A stretch of DNA of 61,770 bases. It comes from Octopus bimaculoides (lineage: Eukaryota). The notes under the pieces were generated by a model. It made no database searches and was not told where the DNA came from. It saw only the letters and a program-made list of their open reading frames with translations. Below, piece after piece: positions 24,720 through 36,566 of this stretch (position 1 is the first letter of the stretch; every line of letters begins with the position of its first letter). The stretch is taken from contig NC_069006.1 in the NCBI RefSeq assembly GCF_001194135.2, forward strand, positions 12,153,630 through 12,215,399. The letters run 5' to 3'. A program made the translations under genes and the position numbers.

Positions 24720-24962
24720 ATTAGACATACGTCCAATAGAATAGCTCTCAGAAACAGACTACGTACAAATTCTTTCTTCACAACTCCTGAAGCCATTTTC
24801 TGACAGGGGGTATGGTGAAATCTTCATACAGCTAGAGGGTCCAATCGAAACAGGGAGCCCGAAATGATACGGTTGAGAAACGCTGTTATAGATTATGCCT
24901 AACCGAAAACGATCACAGCCACATCATCCAAACAGACTGGGTGAAACCGGGTTTAGTTGCTA

Positions 24963-24991
<29 letters not shown>
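24720..24991 (+). mobile_element. Penelope pseudo-LTR-like segment ending in (TA)n, partly duplicated at 26032-26153
   Basis: 24870-24991 is repeated essentially identically at 26032-26153, and the second copy abuts the Penelope ORF. Contains a CTGA...GAAA hammerhead-like motif. Confidence 0.5.
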
Positions 24992-24995
<4 letters not shown>

Positions 24996-26124
24996 GCAAG
25001 AGAGTTAGGGGTTGAGGATTCAACCCACTAAGGGATAGTATTTATCCAATATACTGCTGGGAGGGTACCCAGGTTGGCAAAATAACATGGTTTGTCATAA
25101 ACACCTGTACTTTGTGGGGGTTTTTTGTCACTTTAGCTATGAATTAAATTAATGAATTCAACGGGATACACTGTCTGCAAGTAGATGGGTTCAGCATATT
25201 ATCCTCCATTTTCNNNNNNNNNNNNNNNNNNNNNNNNNNNNNNNNNNNNNNNNNNNNNNNNNNNNNNNNNNNNNNNNNNNNNNNNNNNNNNNNNNNNNNN
25301 NNNNNNNNNNNNNNNNNNNNNNNNNNNNNNNNNNNNNNNNNNNNNNNNNNNNNNNNNNNNNNNNNNNNNNNNNNNNNNNNNNNNNNNNNNNNNNNNNNNN
25401 NNNNNNNNNNNNNNNNNNNNNNNNNNNNNNNNNNNNNNNNNNNNNNNNNNNNNNNNNNNNNNNNNNNNNNNNNNNNNNNNNNNNNNNNNNNNNNNNNNNN
25501 NNNNNNNNNNNNNNNNNNNNNNNNNNNNNNNNNNNNNNNNNNNNNNNNNNNNNNNNNNNNNNNNNNNNNNNNNNNNNNNNNNNNNNNNNNNNNNNNNNNN
25601 NNNNNNNNNNNNNNNNNNNNNNNNNNNNNNNNNNNNNNNNNNNNNNNNNNNNNNNNNNNNNNNNNNNNNNNNNNNNNNNNNNNNNNNNNNNNNNNNNNNN
25701 NNNNNNNNNNNNNNNNNNNNNNNNNNNNNNNNNNNNNNNNNNNNNNNNNNNNNNNNNNNNNNNNNNNNNNNNNNNNNNNNNNNNNNNNNNNNNNNNNNNN
25801 NNNNNNNNNNNNNNNNNNNNNNNNNNNNNNNNNNNNNNNNNNNNNNNNNNNNNNNNNNNNNNNNNNNNNNNNNNNNNNNNNNNNNNNNNNNNNNNNNNNN
25901 NNNNNNNNNNNNNNNNNNNNNNNNNNNNNNNNNNNNNNNNNNNNNNNNNNNNNNNNNNNNNNNNNNNNNNNNNNNNNNNNNNNNNNNNNNNNNNNNNNNN
26001 NNNNNNNNNNNNNNNNNNNNNNNNNNNNNNNCGGTTGAGAAACGCTGTTATAGATTATGCCTAACCGAAAACGATCACAGCCACATCATCCAAACAGACT
26101 GGGTGAAACCGGGTTTAGTTGCTA

Positions 26125-26154
<30 letters not shown>

Positions 26155-26158
<4 letters not shown>

Positions 26159-27740
26159 TCACCTCCAACTTATAGAATTCTTCAACAATAAAGACTTAAA
26201 TGATGAATCAGTAATCCAAAATAAATCCCACTTCACCCCCTACAAGGGAAAGGACAAATATTTGGATGCGTATATAGACACAATTTCAAAATTTCCTCTA
26301 AATACCCACAGATTTAAGCAAAACCTTTGTGAAAAAGAAGAGGAAGCCTTACAAACACTGAAGAATGTTACCACAATCATCCTAAAAGAAGCCGACAAGG
26401 GAGGGGCAATAGTTATCATGGACAAAGACTGTTATAAAAATAAAATATTGGAAATGTAAACAAACCAAACCTACTACAAGGAAGAACCAAGACACTCAGA
26501 AAAAACAATAATGAATAAAATCAGAAGACTAATCAATGAATTCCAAGATTCACTGACAAGGAAAAGAATATATATGCAACTCTGTAATCAAGGAGAGCAA
26601 TTTTTATGGATTACCTAAAGTCCACAAAAGCTCTGAAATACAAAATCCCATAAATAAGCAGAAAAACCAATACGTAAAAATACTAAGGCCTGCTGACCTC
26701 AAACTAAGACCAATAGTTGCTGGACCTCAAGCACTAACACAACAGCTAAGTCATTTTCTACTCCTAAAACCTTTGTGCCCATTAATACCCAGCTATGTAT
26801 GGGATGGCATAGATTTCATCCAACACATTCCCCCCACTGTTGCAGAAGGTACTATACTAGCAAGTTTTGATGTCACTAACCTATACCAGTATACCTCACA
26901 TTTTAGACCTAGAAGCAATCAAACACTGGGTAGAAAATATAGAGAAAGGATAAATGAATGCTTCAAGACTGACTTCATCACCAAGGCCACACGTCTAGTA
27001 CTAGAGGAAAGTACCTTTAAATTTGACAATAAAACATATCGGCAGTTAAAGGGCACGGCTATGGGTACGCGATTTGCACCCTCATATGCAAACTTAGTTA
27101 TGGGATACTTAGAAGAAAAGCTCTATGAGGAAGTAGAAAAAACTTTTGATCAGGAATATAAGAAATATATCATTAAAATGTGGAAACGCTTCCTTGATTG
27201 CTTCATCTTTTGGGAAAAATCGAATGAAGATCTAAATATATTTGACAATATACTAAACACACTTCACCCTTCCATCAAATTCACAATGGAATCCAGTTGC
27301 AATGAACTACCATTCCTGGATATCCACATAAAATACAAAACTGCACAGTCACAACAGACATATTTTACAAAAAAATGGATACACACCAATATTTAAATTT
27401 CTAGTCTTGCCATCCATCACACATCAAAAGAAATATCCCATACAGCATGGCTAGACAGATCTGTGCTATAGTAAGTGACCCTAAAACACGTGAAACCAGA
27501 CTCAACAAACTCAAAGGCTTCCTTACTATACAAAAATACCCCTTAGGCTTAATTAATGAAGGAATTAAAAAGGCGATGAAACTGAATATCATCCAACTAT
27601 GGACACCTAAGGAAAAAGTTAATGAAAACACAATTCCGTTCATTAACACATGCAGTCCTGGAATAACTAACATATTCCACGTCTTAAAATCACGTTTTTC
27701 CCTCTTACACGGGACAATCCGCACTACCGAAAGGCAATAG
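26155..27740 (+). mobile_element. Penelope-like element reverse transcriptase pseudogene (5' and 3' truncated, no GIY-YIG seen)
   Basis: Frameshifted motifs KEADKGGAIVIMD, FYGLPKVHK, LRPIVAG, ASFDVTNLY, YRQLKGTAMGTRFAPSYANL, WKRFLD-CF, FTME..ELPFLDI and HPSHIKRNIPYSMA..C are diagnostic of PLE RT. Confidence 0.93.
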
Positions 27741-27954
27741 AACTACACTTCATAAAAAGATTCTCTCCGAAGTTAAATGTTTGAAAGAGAAAAAAGAAAA
27801 GCAAAGAGTATGTTTTGTATGTATGTATATGTATATATGTATGGGTATGATATAAATAAATAAATGTATGACAGGAATATATTCTAAACATAACTCAAAG
27901 AATATAAAAAGAAAGGACAGGAAAATATTTTAAAATTATTTTTTTCTTTTTTCT

Positions 27955-28823
27955 TTCTCTTTTCTTTCTTTTCTTACCATCCCTAGAAACCATTTTAAAG
28001 CAATGGTGTAAGTAGTAAGCAAGTTTTTACTTTATTTATTTATTTATTTTTTTTTTTGGCAATCCTTAAAAAGACCATTTCAGTACAATGAAAAATGGTG
28101 GATAGGAAAATGAATAGCCCTTCTCTCTCTCTCTTTTACCCTACCCATCTTTCTATCTGTCTGACTATCTATCTATCTGTCTGTCTGTCTATCTATCTGT
28201 CTATCCATCTTCCATTGTCTCTAAAGCCCCACCCCAAAAAACAAAACAAAAACAATGTTCTCTTATGAAACAAAATCCCCAGAAAATATCTGTTTTATAT
28301 ATATAAGCAAGACATCTGTATATTCACAGAATTGTATTTGACAAGTTCGAAAGACGAACAAAAGCGTTAATATGAAGACATAATAAAATTTAAAAAGTTT
28401 TTTCCAAAATTCTGACGACTTTTTTTCAGTATTCAATTCTGTACATCACACCTAACACTCTACACATATATCCTTGGATGTACAAGACACCAGAATAAAT
28501 GGAACACAATCAGATTCGCAGCTGAGAAACACCAAAAATACAGAAGAACTTCTCACAGAAATAGCTAATAAGCTAAATTTACTTATTTCAAGAGTGGATG
28601 CAATCTTCACAAATGCAGATAGAACTGTAAATGATACCCATACAGAGGGTGCTCCAACAAAAGAGACAAACAACAAGGAGGAAGAACAAACATTGTATTG
28701 AAATGGTCTTTTTAAGGATTGTCAAAATAATTAATTAATTAATTAAATTAAAAACTTGTTTACTACTTACACCATTGTTTTGAAATGGTTTCTAGGGATG
28801 GTAAGAAAAGAAAGAAAAGAAAA
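27955..28823. repeat. ~135-bp inverted repeats (27955-28090 / 28691-28823) enclosing ~600 bp
   Basis: ttttcttaccatccctagaaaccatt...aatccttaaaaagaccatttcagtacaatg is the reverse complement of cattgtattgaaatggtctttttaaggatt...aatggtttctagggatggtaagaaaa, with few mismatches. Confidence 0.9.
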
Positions 28824-28909
28824 GCATGGAAAGCGGACGTTAAATGATGATGATGATGATGATGATATATATATATATATATATACATATGCATATATAT
28901 ACATACATA

Positions 28910-29364
28910 TGTAGTGACGCCATCTTGGAAATCTCCAGCACGCATGCGCAGGGTTGGAATCTTCGGAAGGCCTGCTGGAAGTTCCCTCATGTGCATGCGC
29001 AGAAAACTAGCAGCAGCAAAATTCTCTTGTATCTTTTTTTTTTTTTTGACGCTAGCAGCTGAACGATACAGACGTGTCTCCAGCAGCTCTCTCGAGCTGC
29101 TACCTCGTGGTGCATCCCCGCTATGCATGAACAGGCAGGATTGACTCACTCCACTAGACTACTGCTGATAAGCTTTTAGGTTGCCGATTCGCCCAGAGGA
29201 AGGAAATGTTTTATATTGCAAATCAAAGAATAATATTTATACTGTTGAAGTTAACGAAAAATCTTGACTCTTTCTTCAATTAATATTTAATGTGAAGGAT
29301 GCGACCAGCACCCATCCAGTGCGGGAATCTCTCATCCTGTTACAATTGGTGACCCCGATGTGAT
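28910..29364 (+). mobile_element. LTR 'A' (TG...CA, 28910-29344) with tRNA-Trp primer-binding site
   Basis: TGTAGTG...GTTACA, then 2 nt, then TGGTGACCCCGATGTGAT (29347-29364). This is a 17/18 match to the complement of the eukaryotic tRNA-Trp 3' end as I recall it. Confidence 0.8.
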
Positions 29365-31225
29365 ATCCAACGTGCAGCCCAACGTTCGCATGGACGTTTA
29401 CTAAATGGTGACCCAGTGCCAGCTTTATGACCAACCACTCTTTCACCTTTTCTCTACAGTTATTTCATCCTTTATTGTCTATTTTGTCTTACACAAAATG
29501 ACTGGTGAGGATCACTGTAGTGTTCTTCTGTCTCTCTCTGTTATATATACATGAGTGCAGATGTAGTGGTTAACAGCTAGCCTTCAGCCACACTTTTGAA
29601 CCCTGTTGTGTCCACCACTCTGATTGGTTGGTATTGGTGCATTTTTGTCTCCTGTTTTATTTCGCGCCAGGATGCAACCCAATCAATCACAGCCTTCAGA
29701 TAAGGTTGCATGGGACAGTCTTTCAGAACCCCTGTTTGAGCTGATAGTATCTTATAATTAACTAGCTTTTCATCATCCTGATTGTCAGTTGACTTTAGAC
29801 CTTCTGAGGTCTAGCCGCTGACCACAGAGCACACAGCCAGTTCCAGTGACGACACGAAACAGCTTCATGGAGATCCAACACTTCGTTCAACAGCTTACTG
29901 CAAACTCCTTCCTTGTCGCCACCGCCAGCTTCTTAGCGTCTACACCAACTTCTCTACGTACACACCACCAACAGCACTCGCACAGGTTCTCTCAACACTG
30001 TTTGTGAATTGCTTCACCATGGTTAACAGTGAGTACAACCTGCGAGACCTCCTATACCAAGTAACCGGCCACAGCATCGAAGCTTCAACTTCTCGTGCGA
30101 CAGTATCTTTTCTCGACTCTGCCTTGCCGCTACAACTTCTTGATACAGCACTTCAACTACTGTGTACCTTGACCTACGAACTGGTATTTACCATCCTTGT
30201 GTCTGGACTTTCTTCTAATGTCCTTATAGACTCTTGTCTATGCTCTGTATTTCTCTCACACACATACATCCATGTTTGTATAAACATGCACTTTGTTTGC
30301 ATGACGGCCTGTCTATTATTGTGTTTATTATGTTGCACTCACACACACAGACATACAAGTTGACATATCAATAAAACCTTCTCTTAAACCTTCTACTGGT
30401 TGTGTCTCTCTTTTCCTTTTTGGCACTTATACTCATTCAACCTCTTTTCGTGTTTTTTATTTGTATTGACCGTGCGATGCGCTAAAGGAGCCATTCCTCA
30501 TCACCATCTCCTGGTCACACGGTCGTTACAAACTGGTGACCCCGAGAACTGAACATTCAACCTTCTGCGAAAGAGCCATAGCCATCATTTTCTTCTTCCC
30601 GCTGCCATATTTTTCCTCCTTCTGCCACATGTTACACAGCTTTCACTAGGAGCAATGAAGTCAAACAGACGATACCAAATCGTGGACACAGATTGTGTCT
30701 GTATGTTCGTATACCAGTAGCAGTGAAAACAGAACAGATGAGAACGTTTTACCAGTTCACAGAAGCACGCTGAGTGTTTGCCGCAGCCGACATTACACCC
30801 AAAAGGACATTCAATATATAAGGCAAAAAAGAGAGAAGACAGAACACTAAAAACAAAAGAAAAGAGACGAAACAGAACGAAAACAAACACACTCACACGT
30901 TAGCACACATGCGCATTGATAATTTGGTGGGTTTTTTTCCTTGTTTCATTTCTTTTCCTTTTTCACAGCAACGAAGGTTGGTACAGAAAAAACCCGAAAA
31001 ACCTTGTTTTTTTTTCTCTCTGCATGCAGTACACGATAAACAAAATTGTTTCTCACAATTTTTATTTTCTCCTTTTGTGCACACACCACTCCACAAACAC
31101 ATTTTGTCGGTTCGCTAGTCTGTTTTTCTCTGCTTCTCGTGTTTCATCTTAATTCTCTTTGTTCCTTTCTCATTGTTTTGTTTCCATTTGTTTTCCTTTC
31201 CCTGTGACAGGCGTCTCGAAGAAAC

Positions 31226-31970
31226 ATGTCTGTTCCAAACTTACTTTTATTTATGGGAGATGCGACTCTGTGGTTTGCACAAGTAGAAGCCCATTTTTCG
31301 GCTCCTGGCGTTTCTGCCATTCAACAATTACACCTCCTCTATTGTAGCATGCCTCCTCAACTCGCCACATCTGCTAGAGATATCATTACAGATCCTAGCC
31401 TAGATGCCACCTATGCATCTGTCAAGGTGGAAATTCTTCGACGCAACACACGGTCTGAAGAAAGTAGGTTTAACAAGCTAATGGCGGACGAGCAGCTCGG
31501 AGACAGGACTCCGTCACAGTTTTTGCGCCGCTTGCATGAGTTAAGTGGGAACTCCGCTGATGCGCCTCTTCTTAGGAAAATTTTGTTTTCGAGGTTGCCT
31601 TCCAGCCTTCAAACAATTCTGGCCACAACCCTTGAGTCCAACACTGTGGACCAAATTGTCACTGTGGCGGACAAAATTCTTGAATTCTCCGAGCAGCCAT
31701 TGTCGCGTGGTGCTTGCGTCTACTTTGAGGCCCTTTCAGCAGCCTCAGTTAAATCCTCTCTTCCGTCACATTATGACCTTTCTGCCAAGCTGGATGCTCT
31801 TACTAAAAGAATGGACGCGTTGTGCCGCGGTAGCAAGCGTTTTCCCGGTCGTGCAGTCGCAGTCGTGGTCGGTCTACCTCTTGTGCTTCTCCGTCGCGCT
31901 CTGACCTATGTTGGTACCTTGACAGATTTGGCGATAAAGCTCGTAGGTGTATTCAGCGTTGCAGTTTTAG
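31226..31970 (+). pseudogene. gag of CsRn1-type gypsy element
   Basis: 'LWFAQVEAHF', 'QLGDRTPSQFLRRLHEL' and 'FSRLPSSLQTILA'; an alternate frame gives LCWYLDRFGDKARRCIQRCSF, a degenerate CHCC finger characteristic of the CsRn1 lineage. Confidence 0.88.
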
Positions 31971-32039
31971 GAGCTCGGGAAACGAGTCCAGAAAGAACTG
32001 AGCACATCAATTTCTTCAGGTTGTACTACTTATCGTGCA

Positions 32040-33000
32040 TTTTTTGTTAGAGATCGCGTGTCTAAGAATTTCTTCATGGTTGACACCAGTTCTTTGTTGC
32101 AGTATTTGGCCTCTTCGTCTTACTACAGACAAGCCAAAATGCTCTTCTATTGTTTTGCACGCTATTGACTCGTCTCCCATAGCCACCTTCAGTCAGATTT
32201 CTCTGCGACTCGACATTAATCTTCGGCGAGATTTTCAATAGGTTTTTGTCATTGCTGACATTCTGCATCCTATTTTGGGTGCTGATTTTCTAAATCATTT
32301 TGGTTTATTGGTAGATGTCAGGCATCGGAGGCTTGTCGACAGTTCGACTTGGCTCTCTACGTCGATTACAGGAAATGCCGATGCTGTTCTTAGTCCGGCA
32401 TTTTTTGTTGCCACCTCTGGAGATGTTTTTCATTCTCTCCTGTCTACTTTTCCAGAGCTAGTAGACATTACCTTTCAGCCTGCTAAGCCCATGCACTCGA
32501 CACTCCATTTTTAGCACCACTACTGGACTCCCTGTTTTTGCGTGCCCTCGGCGCCTTGCACCTGACAGTCTTAAAACGGCTAGGGCAGAGTTTGACACAT
32601 GCTCCAACTTGGCCTGATATGCCTCTCCACCAGCCCTTGGGCATCTTCGCTTCATTTAGCACAGAAAAGGGATACTGATTTTCGCCCGGTGGGGGACTAT
32701 AGGCATCTTAACGCAATAATAGTTCCTGACCGCTATCCAATCAGAAATCTTCAGGATTTTTCGGCGCATCTTCATGGCTGTACCATTTTTTCAAAAGTTG
32801 ACCTTATACGCACTTATCACCATATACCGGTCGCCTCGTGCTTTCCATCACTTGGATTTTATTTCACAATTTACCAGTGACACTCGTCATATACCTGGGA
32901 AAGAGAATGTTCCTGCTGATGCTCTTTCTCGTCTTCCAGTCTGTTCTCTTTCATCTCTTGCTGCAACTGACTTAACTGCTATTTCGCAGGAGCAACCCCC
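32040..33000 (+). pseudogene. Protease, RT N-terminus and RNase H C-terminus (internally deleted pol)
   Basis: FMVDTSS (protease DTG site mutated), ILGADFLNHFGLLVD, PWASSLH, FRPVGDYRHLN, FSKVDLIRTYHHIPVA joined directly to HLDFISQF..HIPGKENVPADALSR. Confidence 0.88.
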
Positions 33001-33002
33001 CT

Positions 33003-34097
33003 TTGGCGATGTTAGACTTAACTTCGCCTAAGTTCTCCTGTTGCCAGTTTGCCTATCTTCCGCTTCTGTCAGCTGAAGGCACTATTCTTTGTGATACTTC
33101 CACTGGTTCTCCCAGGCCACTCGTGCCTGAGAATCATCAACGCTCAGTGTTTGAGGCACTGCACTCCTTATCACATCCTGGCATCGCTGCTACCCTTAAG
33201 CTTATCACTGCTTGGTTTTTCTGTCCGAATATGCGTCGCACTATTATCTCTTGGACACACATTTGCTCCAAGTGCCAACGGTCCAAGATTCAATGGCACA
33301 TTCGTGCCCTGCTTGGACACTTTCCTCCTATGGAGGCCCGTTTTTGCCATGTCCACTTTGATGTGGTTGGACCATGGCCTGTGAGTTGCGGGTTCTCTTA
33401 TCTTTTAACATGTGTCAATTGCTTCTCCCGTTGGCCAGAAGCCATACCAATAGCAGATATTTCTGCTGAATCTGTTGCTTGGACTTTTGTTTCTAACTGG
33501 ATTTCATGTTTTGAAGTTCTGTCCAGATTAACTACTGATTGTGGACGTCAGTTTGAAACTTCTTTATTTCGTGAATTGTCATGTATTCTAGGTGTGCACC
33601 ACATTCGCACGGCCAGTTATCATCCAGCTAATGGATTAGTCGAACGGTTCCATAGACAGCTCAAGGCTGCTCTATGTGCCTCTTCAGATCCACAGTCTTG
33701 GACTGAATTTCTGCCAATTGTTCTTCTTGGTTGTCGTACTGCTGTCAAGGCAGACCTGGGTTTTTCTTCTGCAGAGCTACTGTATGGTACCACACTGGCA
33801 TTGCCTGGTACGATGTTGTTGCCAGACACTTCACAGCTCCATGTCTGGCGTCTTATGTCGCCAGACTTCACACTTATTTTTAAATCTTCTACCCATGGTT
33901 TCCTGGTCACAATCTCCGCCTTCTCATGTCCCACTAGATATGGACTCTTGGTCGCATGTTTTTGTTCAAGACGACCCTGTCAAGGGACTTCTTGTTTCTC
34001 CTTTAAATTACCTTTTCGTGTGCTTTCTTGCACACCCAAAGTTTTTACCATCGAGATGAATGGTCGTACGGAGACCGTTTCCGTGGACCGACTTTAA
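33003..34097 (+). pseudogene. Integrase of the gypsy element
   Basis: HSLSHPG...CSKC (HHCC), HVHFDVVGP, LTTDCGRQF and NGLVERFHRQLK (DDE core); the frame is open but the C-terminus looks shifted. Confidence 0.92.
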
Positions 34098-35626
34098 AAA
34101 GCATATTTTGAGGTGTCTACATCTTTTGATGACACTGCTGCCACACCCACCTATGCACCTTTGACAACACATTCACCTACACAGGCACCTTTGCTACTAC
34201 CAATGCCTACAACGCCACCTTCGAAAAGTGCCTCGAGCAAACCTTATGTTACCAGAAGTGTTCACTGGCCCAAGAAACTTTCAAAAACAATTTACATTTG
34301 ACATTCTCTTTTCTCTCCTGGTCTATTTAATGTTTTACTCTTGGACATTTTGTAAAAAAACAACTTTTGTGCATGTTTAATTCTTTTTGCATTAATATTT
34401 ATTTGAGTTGTCATATTGTGTGCCACATCTTCTGGGTGATTGGTAGCCATCTTGTTTTCTGGAGCCACTACAATCTTTTTGGGTTATATACCAAAAAGAT
34501 TTTATAACATTTTTCTAACACTTTTCTGACATAATTTAAATATATACTTNNNNNNNNNNNNNNNNNNNNNNNNNNNNNNNNNNNNNNNNNNNNNNNNNNN
34601 NNNNNNNNNNNNNNNNNNNNNNNNNNNNNNNNNNNNNNNNNNNNNNNNNTATATATAATTATACACATGCACATATATATATTCTTGTATTTGTTTCAGT
34701 CATTTGACTGTGGCCACGCTGGAGCACTATAAATATACACACACCCACATACATACATACACATAAAAATGCACATAAATTTCTCCCTGCCTGCTTGTAT
34801 CTTTATCATCTCTACTATTATCATCAACTACAACAATGCATACCAAGCTGTAGTATTGAATATATTTTCTAATGTCTGGGAAGAGAATTGCTTAAGATGT
34901 TGCAAACTGTCTTGAACACTAATCAGTGGCATCATTTGGATATCTTCCATGCTCTGCTGAATATATTCTAACTTTCTACTCAGCCACCCAAGAATTCACT
35001 TAGAAGATAAACTGTGTGTGAGAAATATATATGTTATTAGATGAATGTTTAGAAGTTGCCAAAATATTTATTTTCTCTTCTCTCTCCAAAATAACCACCC
35101 ACACCCCCAAACACACACACCATTAATTCTCTGAATATATATCAGGGTGTTTGTAAAAGTTCAAAAATATTCTCTGTAGATTTTCATTCTCTTCAAAACA
35201 ACTACTACAAAATTGTTAATCATTATTGACAGATTTGGAAAAATGCCTTGTGATATTTCTTTTGACTTTATATATTCTGAATTCAAATCTCACTGTGGTC
35301 AACTTTGCCCTTTATCCCTTTGCTGTTGATCGTTTCAACTAACATTTTCTCCTTCGGAATTACTTGCCTTGTACCTAAATCAGAAACTATTATAATTAAG
35401 GTGGTGATCTGGCAAAATCATTACCACATTGAGAAAAATGTTTAGCACCATTTCTGGCTCTTAACAGTCTAAGTTCAAATTTCTCCAAGGTCAAATTTAC
35501 CTTTCCTTCATTTGGGGGTCAATAAAATGAGTACCAGTCACCTACTGGAGTTGATGTAATTAACTGTTCCCCTTCCCCTAAATGTGCCAGCCATGTTCCA
35601 AAATTACAAAGTATTGTTATTATTAA

Positions 35627-36566
35627 CCCTTTCGTTACTATATTTCTGACCCCTCATGAGTTTCAATTAAATTCTAAAATAATCATGAATTTAGACTAGT
35701 CTCATTAAACACCTGTAACTTTTTTATTTATCAACATATTAATGTGATATTTGGAACATAATTAAAGAAAGGGTTCTTAATCAATTCTATTGCATAATTT
35801 TTGTCTCTGGGGTACTGCTAGTGTCTTTCACATGTAAATATTGGTTCAGCTTCACGAATCGTACTCGTTCATAATACTGGAAATATAGTCATCGCCAAAA
35901 GGTTCCTGATCATTCCAGTAATTTGTTATTCTGGGTAACTGTCTAATACCCATAATAATATTTATGGCAAAAAATGCCCGTATTTCATCTACAGTTGCAG
36001 GAANNNNNNNNNNNNNNNNNNNNNNNNNNNNNNNNNNNNNNNNNNNNNNNNNNNNNNNNNNNNNNNNNNNNNNNNNNNNNNNNNNNNNNNNNNNNNNNNN
36101 NNNNNNNNNNNNNNNNNTAAAAACGCTTTTTTAAAATTTTTACTCCATTCTGGTGTAAAATCATCGTCGCTGCTTTCAGAATCGCTGATTTCAGTTTCGG
36201 ATACAGAAATATCCAATTTATTATCGTTCACCACGTGTTTTTGTAGCTCATTCATTCTTTTCTTCGATATCTCCATATCTTCTGTTGAAAAACCTTCAAA
36301 TTCGGAATCACTGCTTGATAGCATGAAACTCCTCTCTGTCTTCAAAGTTGAAAAAAAATTAACGCCGCAAAAAATGTGGAAAAAAATCTTCCAAAATTCA
36401 CTGAGTTCAAATATCACGCCAAACAATGTCGGAGACAATAACTCAACTGTTTGCAAAGTGAAATCAGGTGTTTTAACGAATGTACAAACGAGATTTGGGT
36501 TTAAATATACATTTAAATAACAATGGATACGCTCGGCCGGCTACGGCGAGGTTAGTAACGAAAGGG
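35627..36566 (-). mobile_element. Non-autonomous piggyBac deletion derivative, copy 2
   Basis: TTAA|CCCTTTCGTTACTA ... TAGTAACGAAAGGG|TTAA, near-identical to 9641-10606 and in the same orientation. ATG 36324 begins MLSSSDSEFEGFSTEDMEISKK..., an acidic piggyBac N-terminus. It sits in the AT tail between SINEs. Confidence 0.93.

Larger units (their letters stand above)
29562..34301 (+). mobile_element. Ty3/gypsy (CsRn1-like) LTR retrotransposon: LTR 'B' 29562-30530, PBS 30534, gag-pol, no matching 3' LTR
   Basis: TGTAGTGG...CGTTACA with AATAAA near 30370, PBS TGGTGACCCCGA, and PR-RT-RH-IN gene order. Confidence 0.9.

Noticed and set aside
30585-31347. Several 60-100 aa ORFs between LTR B and gag
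   Set aside because: T-rich low-complexity retroelement leader with no recognisable domain; the ORFs use non-ATG starts or overlap in all frames.
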